64,000 bases of DNA from Tubiluchus corallicola. Taxonomy: Eukaryota; Animalia; Priapulida. Under the pieces are notes generated by a model that was given only the letters and a program-made list of their open reading frames with translations, ran no database searches and was not told where the DNA came from. The DNA is taken from contig JAQGDQ010000011.1 of assembly GCA_030141605.1 (NCBI GenBank), positions 1,174,066-1,238,065 on the forward strand. The letters run 5' to 3'. Each line of letters opens with the position of its first letter. Position 1 is the first letter of the stretch. A program made the position numbers and the translations under genes. Below are positions 1 through 12,221 of this stretch, piece after piece.

Positions 1-271
1 ACTGTGTACATTCAAGGCAAAATACCAAACCATTACTACAACCCCGTGTGACAAGCAATAAATTTGGTGAAAATGTGCTCAAAGGTGGACGACTGGACAC
101 GTCCTAAATTTCATGCACTGTATACGGTCCTGTTTTGTTTAACTTCAATATTACGGTTCGAACAACATCATATCTGTTATTTCTTAAATTAAATACAACT
201 GAAAGAGAGTAAATGTGTGAAAAGTTGGGAATAAGCCAAGATTTGAACAAACGAACTTAGGATTATTCTGC

Positions 272-666
272 GTCTAGACGTCGTTCTTTTGGAAGGACAG
301 TCCTGATTTTGAGCACTCTGTCCGTCGTCCTTCTTAACCTTAAAACCATTAACTTGTCCCTCTTTTGGGGCCTGTATAAAAATTATATAAATTGCCTTTT
401 TACAAAATTTTCAAAGTTTTCAAACAACTGAGAACCACAATAAGTACTATCTAAGTTATCTAATTTTATACAGTTGCTATTGGCAACACTGCTGCAGTGT
501 GACACCAGTGTCACATGACTGACGTCAAGTAAAATAAAACATTTAACACAAAATTATTTAAATGCAATAATTTGTGTGATTATGTATTTTACATATTATA
601 CATAGACATAACAGATAAATATGACGGCTGTGTCCTTCTTGTCCGAGATGTGGAAACGGCCGCCCT
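272..666. mobile_element. degenerate hAT-like MITE
   Basis: Ends (..agacgtcgttcttttggaaggacagtcct.. and ..gtccttcttgtccgagatgtggaaacggccgccct) resemble decayed TAGGGTG-type hAT termini with subterminal GTCC repeats. Confidence 0.35.
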
Positions 667-889
667 TCTCTGAAGTAATAGTATAAATTAGTAGAACTGT
701 GACATGCATATATTCATAGCTTTATTGACAGTGGCAAACTACAGTATATTAGTCATTCCTTTTATTAATACTAATATTGTTCATTTTGATAAAACATGGG
801 ATAAACTCTGCGATAAAACAAAGTTGTATTACTTAACTTACCTGTTTGAAAAACGTATGTATAGTCTTTGGAAAAGAAAGTTATTAATA

Positions 890-1260
890 ATTTAAGATAC
901 TCGCATCAACTGGTAAAAATCACTATTTCATTACACCAGTGTGCAACAAAAACGTCACTGGCTCACCAAAAAATATAATTAATAATCTTATTGATAAAAT
1001 AATGTAATTTAAACTTTTGCTTAGTTAGCGAAGAGTGTGCTACGAATGCTTTATTTTTTCAAACTTTACAAAATGTAAATCTAAACTTGTTTCAAAGACA
1101 CCACGAAGTCATGGCGAAGTTTAGATTTTTAGAAGTTTTTTCCAGTGTTGTTAGCTAACACAAGCTCTATGGGCTCTGTGAAATAGTTTTAAGTGATGAA
1201 AAATTTTTAGGCAAATTTTTTAAGCTTTAGTTATGAAGAGTGTTTCCTTCTGACACAAGC
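890..1260 (+). mobile_element. dispersed repeat family C (hAT-like non-autonomous element), copy 1
   Basis: Core aaacttttgcttagttagcgaagagtgtgctacgaatgct...ctaaacttgtttcaaa recurs at least 7 times in the window on both strands. Confidence 0.75.
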
Positions 1261-1895
1261 AGTTTATTCTGACAAAAATTAGAAAGCTTAACTAACCGCT
1301 GGACACGTTTACATTCTCTTTACGCTGCCATCGCAATAAAACAATGTGTAAGACTGACAAATGAGATTCTGGGTTTGTTAAGTATTCTGTTTATCGCTGC
1401 GGAACATTGTGTGCTTGACTGATTTATTTGGCAGAGAGAGCTGATTTATGTCTTCACAAATAAGACCAGCGTGGCAACAACCCGCTGGGCGTTTGGGGAA
1501 TCTTTAGCCTGCTAAGTGTCTCTGTTACTAAAGTTGATCGCCACACGCGTTTCAGTTAAAATGCAACAAGCGACCTCGCTCTTTTATTTACGTAGCATCT
1601 TGAGAGTCAGTCAACTTCAACTTTGCGGAGCTTGCGCCGTGTAAATTACTTTCTTTAGTAAGGCTTTTTGTGACTTGTGCGAATTAGCCACTTTGTTTTG
1701 GTCCCTGGAGATTGATTACACAGCTAAGCAAATGTATCGGCATTTTTTATATGAATTAAAGTCCCTCTGGGCGCTATTTCGTCAGCATTGTTATTTATCT
1801 AGTACATTTCACATGTACATCTGTAATTATAAATTCAATTATGTTTTTTGCATTTGAATCTTTCAGGTTACAATGCTTAATCAAACTGTACTTTA

Positions 1896-2734
1896 CTTTA
1901 TTTTCACAAAAAAGCAGGCTTAATATTAGAGTTCCTCATTGTTCTATCTTGATACCCCTGTCACTTAAATTACATACCTAGGACTCTACACAGAAACAGG
2001 CAAATTTCAAAATTCATTACGCGTGTAATTATAACTCAAATGTTAAATTTTTGCTATTTCTGAACACGCCAGCTTAATTATTGCAGCAAGCCTACTTATA
2101 TATAAGCATGACGAATTTAAGTTGTCAATTAAATTATGTAATAGCATAATTACGATTGAGTAACAATATTTTCCATTTCCAATTCATTATAAGATGTCAA
2201 CTCAACCAAGAGGAATTTCTGACTGACTACGCTGCTTATAATCTTTAAATCATTTTCAAGGAAAATGCCAACAAATTTATGTAACGTAGCCTGAAGCTCG
2301 AAGGCTGGTAATATTAATTTTATTGTGTTTCACAAATCACTATAACAATAAACCGCTTCTATATAAACTTTGTACATTTTAAATGCACTGCAGTAAAAAC
2401 TTACTCTACAGAAAATGCTATAATTAAAACGAATTTTTCAGAAAAAAATGGTTTACAAAGTTTGCGCACACCGAGTGTTACATAATTATTACATAATTTA
2501 ATTGAAAACTTAAATTCGCCATGCTTATATATAAGTAGGCTTGCTGCAATAATCAAGCTGGCGTGTTCAGAAATAACAAAAATTTAACATTTGAGTTATA
2601 ATTACACGCATAATGAATTTTGAAATTTGTCTGTTTCTGTGTAGAGTCCTAGGTATGTAATTTAAGTGACAGGGGTATCAAGATAGAACAATGAGGAATT
2701 TTAACATTAAGCCTGCTTTCTTCTGAAAATAAAG
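1896..2734. repeat. long inverted repeat (foldback), ~245-bp arms, ~345-bp spacer
   Basis: 1896-2142 is the reverse complement of 2488-2734 with only scattered mismatches. Confidence 0.92.
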
Positions 2735-2829
2735 AACATAGTTGTAATAATTATAAATGTGTTGCACATTTATGCGCAATAAGTCTTATGTTAAAAAAAA
2801 TTATAAATCTTAATTTGAAAATTTGTACT

Positions 2830-4023
2830 GACTTAGGCAATCATAGGCATATCAGAGATCAAAAAGCACATAGGAAAACTGTTACGTATTTCATTTGGTC
2901 CATGATCTGTTAGTGCAAACAAAATGACGCAATACTCAGTGATAGATTTAGTAAACTCCGCCTGCCTTTAACGACCAACAATTAAGTATTTAAAAATTAC
3001 AATACGCCAAATTCGTTCAGCGTAGCAAACAGATCCGCCCGAGCCGTTCCTCATGGTGAAGGCGTCATAAAAAGTGACCCTCTTCGTTGTGTAGCCATGT
3101 AAGATCTGGGAAAATGCCGATTACGGGAAACTGTGTGTGTGGCCCTCTCGCGAACTCCAATTTGCCCTATAACGCACACCGTTGAGCGGGCCCTCTAACC
3201 ATTACAGGCACCACCTTTCCCGTTCTCTAAAATTACCTTCCTCAATTTTCCGAATAAGAAGTACAAATTTTCCTCCCCGTGACCCCGATTTGAAAAATAA
3301 ACCAGTCAATGAGACGACACTAGATCAAGTCCTTTCGCTGAATATGCAGGTCGCCTAGAACGGTGCCGTCTCGATAACTGTAGCCTCGAACCTTATATAT
3401 ATTATATATTCAGATACCAGCAAAATGAATATGTTACATTTACGTGGTTGCTACAGTATTAATGTCTTCCAGGTAGTGTATCTATTAATGATAAATCACG
3501 TGAATTTTCGGCGAAGCTTCTTAAAAATGTCAATCAACGGTAAATTAATTGACATTTAAATTAGTAACTGTGGCATGGATGAAAAGTTATGGATGAATTG
3601 TATCATTAATTCATGTCTACAGATGCTAAAGAGGAACCTAAAGAGGAACCTCATATATATCCACTTCACCAGCTTTGCGTCATCCAAAACGCTCGTAATT
3701 TTATTTTTAAAAATTGATCAACTATATTACTGTTGTTACAATATTATTTCGATTATTATTTTAAATAATAAAACCAGTGGCATCATTGGGAACCTGACAA
3801 TGAGCGATCTATTTGTTACACTAAAGAAGTTAGGCCTATTGTAAGTTTTAGAATTTAGATACTTCATACAGTATATATCAATGGTCTTTAAAAGCAGACG
3901 GAGTTTGCTAACACTGTCACTGAGTAAAACGTCGTTCTCTTTGCATTACTGGGTCAATGCTCATGGACTAAATAAAAATCACTGGTGGGCTAACTGGGCT
4001 CTGATATCTATCACTGGCTAAGT
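2830..4023. repeat. diverged inverted repeat pair (about 2830-2977 and 3882-4023)
   Basis: tactcagtgatagatttagtaaactccgcctgcctttaacgacca matches the reverse complement of tggtctttaaaagcagacggagtttgctaacactgtcactgagta. Confidence 0.65.
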
Positions 4024-5385
4024 AGCTAGGCCTATTTACCAAAGTACTCTTAGGTTTCTGTGGTTGATTTGCAGCAGATAACCAAGCACTAAAGCTAACG
4101 GGATCTTGCAAAGTTAGCTCAAGTATTTGCTGTAGTTTATATTTTTAGTCTTCGCACCAAATATGGAAGAATTTGTCAATAAAACCATCATAAAGCACAG
4201 GGAATGAAATTGCTCTATCTCGGGATGTATGTTAGCCTATTTAGAGCAACCCTACCATCCATACCTTATTTAGAGCAACTCCACAGCGCGTGCGCGTAAT
4301 TTTCTTGACTTTTCCTGTATGTATTTGCACTCTGCAAGCCTTGGATGGACAGATAACATTATTAATCTAAGTTATTAGACTTTCTCAGCAGCCTGGCAAC
4401 TCTACCGACTGTTTGCTTCTTGTGTCCCTTTAGAGGTTTGCAAATTTGATCTAACCGTGTACGCGCCAAAGTCTTATCAACCACACAGTATTTATCTATA
4501 AAGTGTTCAGTATATAGGAATCCCAGTGTAAACTGCGTTACATTAATTAAAGATGGCGGTGAAGGAATTTTCCACGTGCGTTCGTAACTTTGCACATACA
4601 CAGAAGCTTTACAATAAGTAAATTTTAAACCAAAAAACAGACCTCAGAAAATTTCCAGTTATCACACTACTAGTACAAGGCATGTTTCTATAAGTATTTG
4701 TGGTGTTTAGCGGTCAGGTAGATTTACTAATTATAACCGCGGCGTCTTCAAAGGCCTCAACTTGAGATACTTTTCTTCTTACTTTGAACATTTGAATAAT
4801 TAGATAAACTGAGTCGCCAACAAAGTTTTTATTTGATAACTCAGCCTTTTTTAACCCAGTTTGCTGTAAAAAAACACCTGCTATTTTCAGAATTTTTCTT
4901 TTTTGACAAAATTAGAACAATAATTGAAATTTACCGACTTTGTGCAGATTTTTTCGTTTCGCACAGAATTTGAAAACCGTATTTTTTAACCTGTCTTATT
5001 TTTTACACATTATTGTGTCTAACGAGAAAACAATAAATGCATTTGGAGTCATACACAAAACTGGTGCATCTTCTAATGATCCTGCTGTCACATGTAGATT
5101 ACGCAATCATTTGCATGTGAACATCTACATGTCAGTGAACTAGTACAATGGTCCACAAATCAATGTACATTCAACTTTAATGTTCCCTAATGCGCATGTG
5201 AACGCGTAATGGTCTGGTTACAAATCGATGGACCTCCAAACTTGATTTTCTTCCACTAAAATTCTAGTTGACTCTGTGTAACGACCCGACTGCCTGAACT
5301 AAATCGTAGAGAGAAATTGGGAGCAGGACTCTTGTAGCGTGGTATTCAAAACACATTAGTAGCTTTCCCCGTACTCGGAAATTAC

Positions 5386-5944
5386 TTAAAGGAAAACCGG
5401 ACCCAATCTTAAACTATAGCTCAAAACAATCCACCCTATAAAATACATGAAAAAAAATTTACCACAGAAATGTAATTTCGCGTTCGCACGGCTAGTTCTT
5501 CGCTGTTACATGCATTGGCTAGTTAGATGGGCACTAACGCCTACATCTCGAAACACGTTGTATAAAGCAGGTGCTGTACCTCTCAGTGCGGAGGTGTTCA
5601 GTTGTGACGTGATACACACGTTCTACAACTCATGCGTGAGCACAGCGGTAAACTTGAAACTTGAATTTTGAACTTAAGATTTGCCAACTTTTTGTATATC
5701 ACACCGAATGTTGTACAATAGTATTGTATTTCAATTTCCGCTTTCGGAAACACGTGCAACACGCTCGTGGAATGTTTGTGTTGTTGAAAATGTTCAGTTG
5801 TGACGTCATCACTAGCTGCACTCGCCAGCCATTAATTAATTTTTTAACCTATCAATTAATTATCGGAAACATTTGGCGTTATTGTATGCTTTTTATAATA
5901 CCAAAATTGTATAGGATATGAAAAATCATCCTTTTTTCATGTAA
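5386..5944 (+). mobile_element. Kolobok-type MITE family A, copy 1
   Basis: Starts TTAA-AGGAAAACCGGA; ~560-bp body shared with copies at 9281, 26194, 40832 and 48655. Confidence 0.8.
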
Positions 5945-6419
5945 AAGAATTCCAGTTTTTTGGATCTGTACTCATGATCTTCTTACAACTTTTCAACCGT
6001 ATCTGCAACGCCTTTTCTGGGTGAGAGTGGCTTTGCTTGGGCGATTTGTATAAAAGCGTGACTCATGATGTGAAGGTAAACCGTTTTTGTCTAAAATTTT
6101 GCTTTTAAAAGATACATTTGAAAGATTTGAAGATACATTTTAAGTCTACAGTTTTTAGAGCATTCTGACTTATTTTATTTTAATTTCTGGAAATGCCTCA
6201 ATGATTAAATTTCCATTTCGAAAAACCATTTTGAACACAACACTTGAAAAAATGCAGGATTACAATTTAGGCTAAAATTTCGTTTCTTATTCACAGTCAT
6301 CCGGAATCAAACATTTCTAAATCATTTATAGTTTCATTAATTAATTAAATTATGACTGTGATTGCCAGAATGTTTATAGATCATTGCGGTTTATTTTAGC
6401 AATCATTACCCATTGGGGT

Positions 6420-6500
6420 TGGAAAAAAGAAAGGAGACGCTGAAAAATTGTTGACTAGTCGGGATTTGAACCCGAGACCTGAGACTAGTACTCCCATTTT
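6420..6500 (-). mobile_element. tRNA-derived SINE fragment
   Basis: Minus strand has B-box GGGTTCAAATCCC followed by a body (aatttttcagcgtctcctttc) similar to 11590 and 14245. Confidence 0.6.
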
Positions 6501-7249
6501 CAGTTTACAGTCCCAATGTCTAGCAACACGTTTGACTTCATTTTTGGCTTCCATTCCGATTTCACTGCTGTAAGTACATCTATTTTCCCTGGACTTCCTA
6601 ATTCTTTACCAGAAAAGTGTACTAAAGTGATTCAAGAAAAATGTATGAAGTACCTAGTATTACTAGGGAATTAGTAATAAAAATTCTGTTTTCTGGACCG
6701 GTGTTCATTTCTCCTGTAACCAGTAGCCCTGTTTGGAGCAAGTTATATAAAAGCATCTGTGCCTTGGTAGCAGTGCTTTGCATCACCATTCTAAACGCTT
6801 TGCATTTGACACCTCAGCACGCCTCCCTCCTTAGAACCTCTCCTAGCTGCCTTGCCATCCCTAAACGGTGGCTCTGTTTTCTTAAGCGTTTTCTTTCCTC
6901 GATGGTTTATTTGCTACTCGAGGGGACTTATCCCGACCGTCGTATCATCTTCCCATCTCTGTGTCTTTCCCGCTCGGCGACGCAGCGTGTGGTTTACACG
7001 ATATCCTCTAGCGGCAGTAAAAAGAGACCCGGTGATGTTGCTAGCAGCGAATGTAAACACGGCGGCGCATATTGCATTCATTTCTGCTGCCGTGTTGAAT
7101 CTGATGATGAAGAACCAGATGCGATTGAAAGGAAAGCTTGTGAGCTGATGGATTTTATCCTGAATTATGAAGGAAAAACAGCAAAACTATTTGCCAGTGT
7201 TCGATACGTAGAAAAACTACAAACGCCTACTACTCCACTATGAATTTGG

Positions 7250-7305
7250 CGACAAAAGTTAAGGAATTTTGACGCTGCTCAGTGCTTGGATGGGTGACGA
7301 CCGAG
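7250..7305 (+). mobile_element. 5S rRNA-derived (SINE3-like) fragment
   Basis: aagttaag...agtgcttggatgggtgac matches the 5S A-box to C-box segment. Confidence 0.55.
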
Positions 7306-7735
7306 TTTAATATTCAGTGGTTTGATCCACCATACTGATACTGGTTATTTATGGTCTTGGGGGCGGAAGTACACGCATTCCAACCTGGCTGAAACACTGT
7401 TGCCAATTCAGTGTCTCCCTGACATTATTAGTGAGACATGTTCCAGTTTCGCTGCACCTATATATATATGTGTATATATATATATATATAACTTAAACAC
7501 GCTGTCCGTCACTGAACAATGAATTCCAGATTGCAGAATGATGAACTATATAAAGGAAACAGATACACTGTTTCACATTTAAGCAAAACAGAAAAAAACA
7601 ATTTATGCGTTAAAAAATGTAAAAAGATCGCGGTAACAATTTGGTCAACGTAGAGCCACCCAAAACCCTCTGTGGTGTAGAAAAACAACAAACGCAAATC
7701 TACTAATGATACGAAAAACAGTTTACGTCATCATC

Positions 7736-7875
7736 AGGGTAGGAGTATCCCATAGGCTAGTATAGGCTGCACTCTAGGACCCCTCAAGCTTTCGTAACAT
7801 CAAATTTTGGTAAAAAAATCAGTTTTCCACTAAGGTTGCTCCACTAATGTGCTAATTTGGTTTGCAATAAATAGT
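7736..7875 (-). mobile_element. hAT-like MITE family E end
   Basis: CAGGG terminus; reverse complement of 11116-11256 (ggctgcagcctatact motif). Confidence 0.65.
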
Positions 7876-8209
7876 AAATAAACGGTTAAAATACGGTTCT
7901 GGTCATCATCGTGGTCCTTGTGACTTGGTTTCTTTCTATCACGAACAGTTTTCTTTCTGTTTCAAAATTTTCCAGTTTTTCGTTTTCATCTTGAGTGTTT
8001 AATTTCTGTCATTAACGCTTTTCCTGTTTAGTTTTAACTGCTCCTGTTTACTATTTATTTTTTGCTATAACTGTTACGTATCTTTTACGGGTTTCCGTTG
8101 CCTTTTCTACATCGCAAGTAGATCCTTTAGTTTAATCGACATCGCCATGATTTTCCGAGTAATGAGAATTGTTCTTGTGTGTTCTGCATACTGAAAAGCT
8201 TTATTTAGC

Positions 8210-8790
8210 TAAGCTGGGATCGCTAATTTAAAGGGGAAGAAAACATAATTTTAAAGTATATCCTAAAAACTTTCTATGCAAAGTAATATTATTTAGCATT
8301 ACAGTTAATTGTTTGAAACAGAGTTAAGTAACCAGAAAAGAAAATTATTGGTAATTTAAAATATTTGAACCAGCTGGCAAAATGCCACTGGCTCACCTCA
8401 GTGTGCACCACTAGATCACCTTAACAGGGTGCACCACTGACTCAGATTCCTAGTGAACACCAATTGCTGACCAAAAAACATAATCGTTATCCACCACTGA
8501 TTCACAAAGAAACACAATCATTAATCTCATTGACAATATAAAGTAAATTAAACTTCAAGTTAGTTAACGAAGAGTGTGAAACAAATGCTCTGATTATTTT
8601 TCCAAACTTTACGTAATGTTATATTACTAAACTTGTTTCAAACGGCTAAGTGTCAAAATGGTTGCGCCAAAAGGTTACCGCGAGAGTTTAATTACAAGTT
8701 TTATGCAGATTTATCGCTAACAAAACGTCTGGATAAGACAGGATATAAGTGATACAAAATTTCAAGACGATTTTTAGCTCTATGTAAATA
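8210..8790 (+). mobile_element. family C copy 2
   Basis: Family C core plus internal repeats of caccactga/ctcac. Confidence 0.7.
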
Positions 8791-9280
8791 ATTGGTTTTC
8801 TTGTGGTTTAAATGTAATCATTAACAATCATTATACATTCAACACAGCATCATAGGGCACGGCTTTTTGTTTACAGAGGGAGTCTTACTTTGAGTACGCG
8901 GATTCCTGCAGTGAGGCAAAGTTTCTTGCGGCGGAATAATTATATTCCTCCGCGCGTGTTGATATTAAGCACACATGCAGGCGGCCCGAATAAAATTAGC
9001 AAGATTGTTGAATTTGAAGTCAGCGAAGAAAAATAAACACTTTCGCCAAACATAAACAACGCAGAACAGATTATCACCGCGGGGACAGAAGAAAGCGAGA
9101 ATGCTGCCGCCTTCTGGCTTGAACATAGAACCACCAGTAACTTCAAATTCCACACACTATACATGTATAAGTTATGCAGAAGTCAAGACATACTTGTAGC
9201 CATTACAAAAAATTAACATCATTCATAGTATCTTGAAATAATGACACATTGTTTTGGGGAAATGTTGATAAATTTGAGAT

Positions 9281-9904
9281 TTAAAGGAAGGCAGGATGAT
9301 TTTTCATATACTACCCCATTTTCAAGTCCGATGAAAAGTATACATTTTAACACAATTAAAACTGCAAAAGCGTTTTTGCTAATTAAATAATAGATTAAAA
9401 ACTTAATTAACGGCGGGCTAGGCCCAACTATTGATGACATCACAAACTAACATAGTTTTCAACAGCAAAAATATTCCACGAGCGTGTTCACGTGTTTGAG
9501 AAAGCGAAAATTGAAGTACAGTGCTACTGTAAAATATTCAGTGTGTTGTGTTAAAACTAGGCAAGTTTTAGGAAAAAATTCAAATTTCAAATTTATCGCT
9601 ATGTTCACGTATGAGCTGTCGAACGTGTGTAGTTCACAAACTAACATAATTGAACTGAGAGGAACAGCACCTGTTTTTTGTGCAGTGCGTTTCCGTGATA
9701 CAGGCGCTAGTGCTCGTCTAACTAGCGAATGGCGAAATGCATGTGACAGCGAAGAACTAGTGGCGCAAACGGGAAATCGTGTTTGTATAGTAATAATTCT
9801 TTCACGTAAGTCATTTTTGGAAAAAATAGTATGTTTTCTTTCAATATTTTAAAGAGTATACTGTTTTGACCTACAGTTTAAAATGGGGTCCGGTTTTGCT
9901 TTAA
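9281..9904 (-). mobile_element. Kolobok-type MITE family A, copy 2 (full length)
   Basis: TTAA-AGGAAGGCAGGA ... TCCGGTTTTGCT-TTAA: TTAA on both sides and AG..CT termini. Confidence 0.85.
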
Positions 9905-10061
9905 CATTTAGGGCTTATTTATTTATTCAAATAGCTTTACAATAAACAAAATATATGAGCGCAGCGATATGAACGTAGCAGAAGAAAGTAACTTAGACAA
10001 AGACATAGACAAACAATAGATGTTGATAAATGAAGTAAAGCGAGTAGAGGCGAGTAAACAA

Positions 10062-10073
10062 TAATGGTAATGT

Positions 10074-10127
<54 letters not shown>

Positions 10128-10360
10128 CAGTGATGATGATAATAATGCTTATGGCAATGGTGAGGTTGATGATGATGACGGTGATGGTGGTAATAATGCT
10201 GATGGCAATGGTGGTGTAACTGGTGATGATGATGATGAGAATGTAATGAACCGCAACAGCAACATCAACTGCAAAAAAACAACAATAACAACAGCGGCAG
10301 CAACCTCAACAACAGTAGTCCTAACTATTACAGCAGTACTAGCAATAACAGCAAAACATA
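10062..10360. repeat. (GAT)n microsatellite with degenerate (AAC/AGC)n flank
   Basis: About 17 perfect GAT units plus degenerate trinucleotides. Confidence 0.95.
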
Positions 10361-10909
10361 TTGTGTTCTCACTATATTTTCTTATAATGTAACTTGACAA
10401 TTGCTATTCATTGTCGTCGTCATCATCACTGTCACCATTGCTATAGCCACTATATACCACCCGGCATGACTGCTATCGCCACTGCTGCTGCCACCCGAAC
10501 AATTATCCTCGTCATCACTTTACATGGTCTACAAAGGCATCGATAAAAGAACCGATGATGATGATGATGTATGACATAACGTGTTTGGCTGCAGCTGCGA
10601 CTGTCTCTGCTGTCTTTGATGAGGATGACCCGCCGGCTGCAACACGGTCTGTCTGCCTGTGCATTGTCATGAATCACGCAGCGCATTAGCACATTAATAA
10701 GGTTTATGTTGTAAATCAAATGGTAGCTGTTGCTTTCCTTTACTCAGAGATTGAGAGGATTTAGTCTGTGATGCAAAAACTATGTACATATAGCTGCAGT
10801 ATTGCATGTTATATTTTGCAAAGGGTCACTATTTATGATGTAGTAATATATTAAAAACAACAATACTGTCGCTATATCAAATCATTTGCAATGCAGCCAA
10901 GACAAAAAC

Positions 10910-11256
10910 ATTTTAGGGCCCCCAGACTAATGAAATTATGGGACTTCCCTCAGACGGAACCATCCTTTAACTTGTCCTCGCCGTCTTGAACATTTTTACT
11001 CGAGATACATTTCAGTGACATTTACATGGCTTGCAGTTAACATATTGTAAATTCTTTAGATAAACTAGATAACTATCTTTTGTTTGTCAATAAAAATAAT
11101 CTTTAAGAAATACCTCTATTTGTTGCAAACCAAATTAGCACATATTTCAATACAACCATGGTGAAAGAAAAACCGATTATTACCAAACGTTACTAAAGCT
11201 TGAGGGCCCTAGGCTGGGCTGCAGCCTATACTGGCCAGTAGGATAATCCGGTCCTG
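10910..11256 (+). mobile_element. hAT-like MITE family E
   Basis: Left part matches 28061-28150; right end ggctgcagcctatactggcc...aatccggtcctg. Confidence 0.65.
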
Positions 11257-11394
11257 AATTATGCATGTTATACTTTTACACTTCAGTTTAGGCTTCACAC
11301 CAGTTGTAGAGCGAACACTAAACTGCAAGAGGTGCGTAACTAAAAAAACTGCTAGCATTTTTCCAAAACCTCTTGTACTGCACAGGTGATAGAG

Positions 11395-11800
11395 TTTAGT
11401 CGAGTAGTTAGAGCCTTGAATTGGTGTTTCAAGGTGAAAGTCACAATAATGAATAGGTTCAAACTTGGAAACGGTTCGGTTTAGTATAAGAATTCAGACC
11501 TGCTTTAGCCATAAGGGTTGATAGCTCAAATGGACAGAGCGTGTGGCTTCATACCACAAGGTTCTGGATTCGAATTCTTGTTGATTCAGAATTTTCATAG
11601 CCTTTCTCCCTCTAAATCTAACTGCTGATTATTGTACCAGATTTCACGGGAATCGCCAGTGACTCTGAGTGGACGATTCACAGCATAGTAAAAAGTCATT
11701 TAAAACCCGTAACTCGCAGCCTAGGTGCCTGGAAAGCAGAAGGCCCGGGTCTGAGTCCTAGAAGAGATGGATTTTTTTTAGATTTTCTCATTTTGTATTG
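11395..11800 (+). mobile_element. cluster of tRNA-derived SINE heads
   Basis: Three A/B-box-like modules (about 11395-11470, 11515-11588 and 11725-11770). Confidence 0.6.
11515..11588 (+). pseudogene. tRNA-like cloverleaf, anticodon TCA (probable SINE head or pseudo-tRNA)
   Basis: GGGTTGA/TTGATTC acceptor stem (4 G-T pairs), GCTC/GAGC D stem, TGTGG-CTTCATA-CCACA anticodon arm, TTCGAAT T loop; followed by a SINE-like body. Confidence 0.6.
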
Positions 11801-12221
11801 CTTTAGTTTGTGCTTTTACAGTTAGATTGTAACTTATAATATAAGCGCGTAGGTTCTATCTATGTGAGTATACTCTATTAGCAATACATCCTAGTACATT
11901 GTACTGATGTACAAAACAGCCAGATCAATCGTGCTCCTGTAGATGCTTAGAGCTACAACGGGAACAAAACTAAAAAAAGTCTTGCATATAAAAAAGGGAA
12001 ATAAGTAAAACAACTTTTCACGTTATGCAGCTCTAAGAGTAGTAGAAAAATTTCCAACAGGCATAAATGATGCTGACGATTATTGTGATGATGCAGATGG
12101 TGGTTAGGACGAAGCGTTCCAGTTTTCAGCTGTACTTGTGTGCTGTAAATACACCAGAAATAAATAATGTTTATAACTAACCCAGGCAATTTTCAGCCTT
12201 TGGCATTTGCTTTGTTTGTAA

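Noticed and set aside
6641-7243. 200-aa ORF as a protein-coding gene
   Set aside because: No recognisable motif or splice context; kept only as a promoter-like finding.
5386-9904. piggyBac assignment of the TTAA-flanked MITEs
   Set aside because: Termini are AG..CT rather than CC..GG, which fits Kolobok.
11515-11588. Selenocysteine tRNA gene
   Set aside because: No long variable arm or extended acceptor stem, and it is followed by a SINE body.
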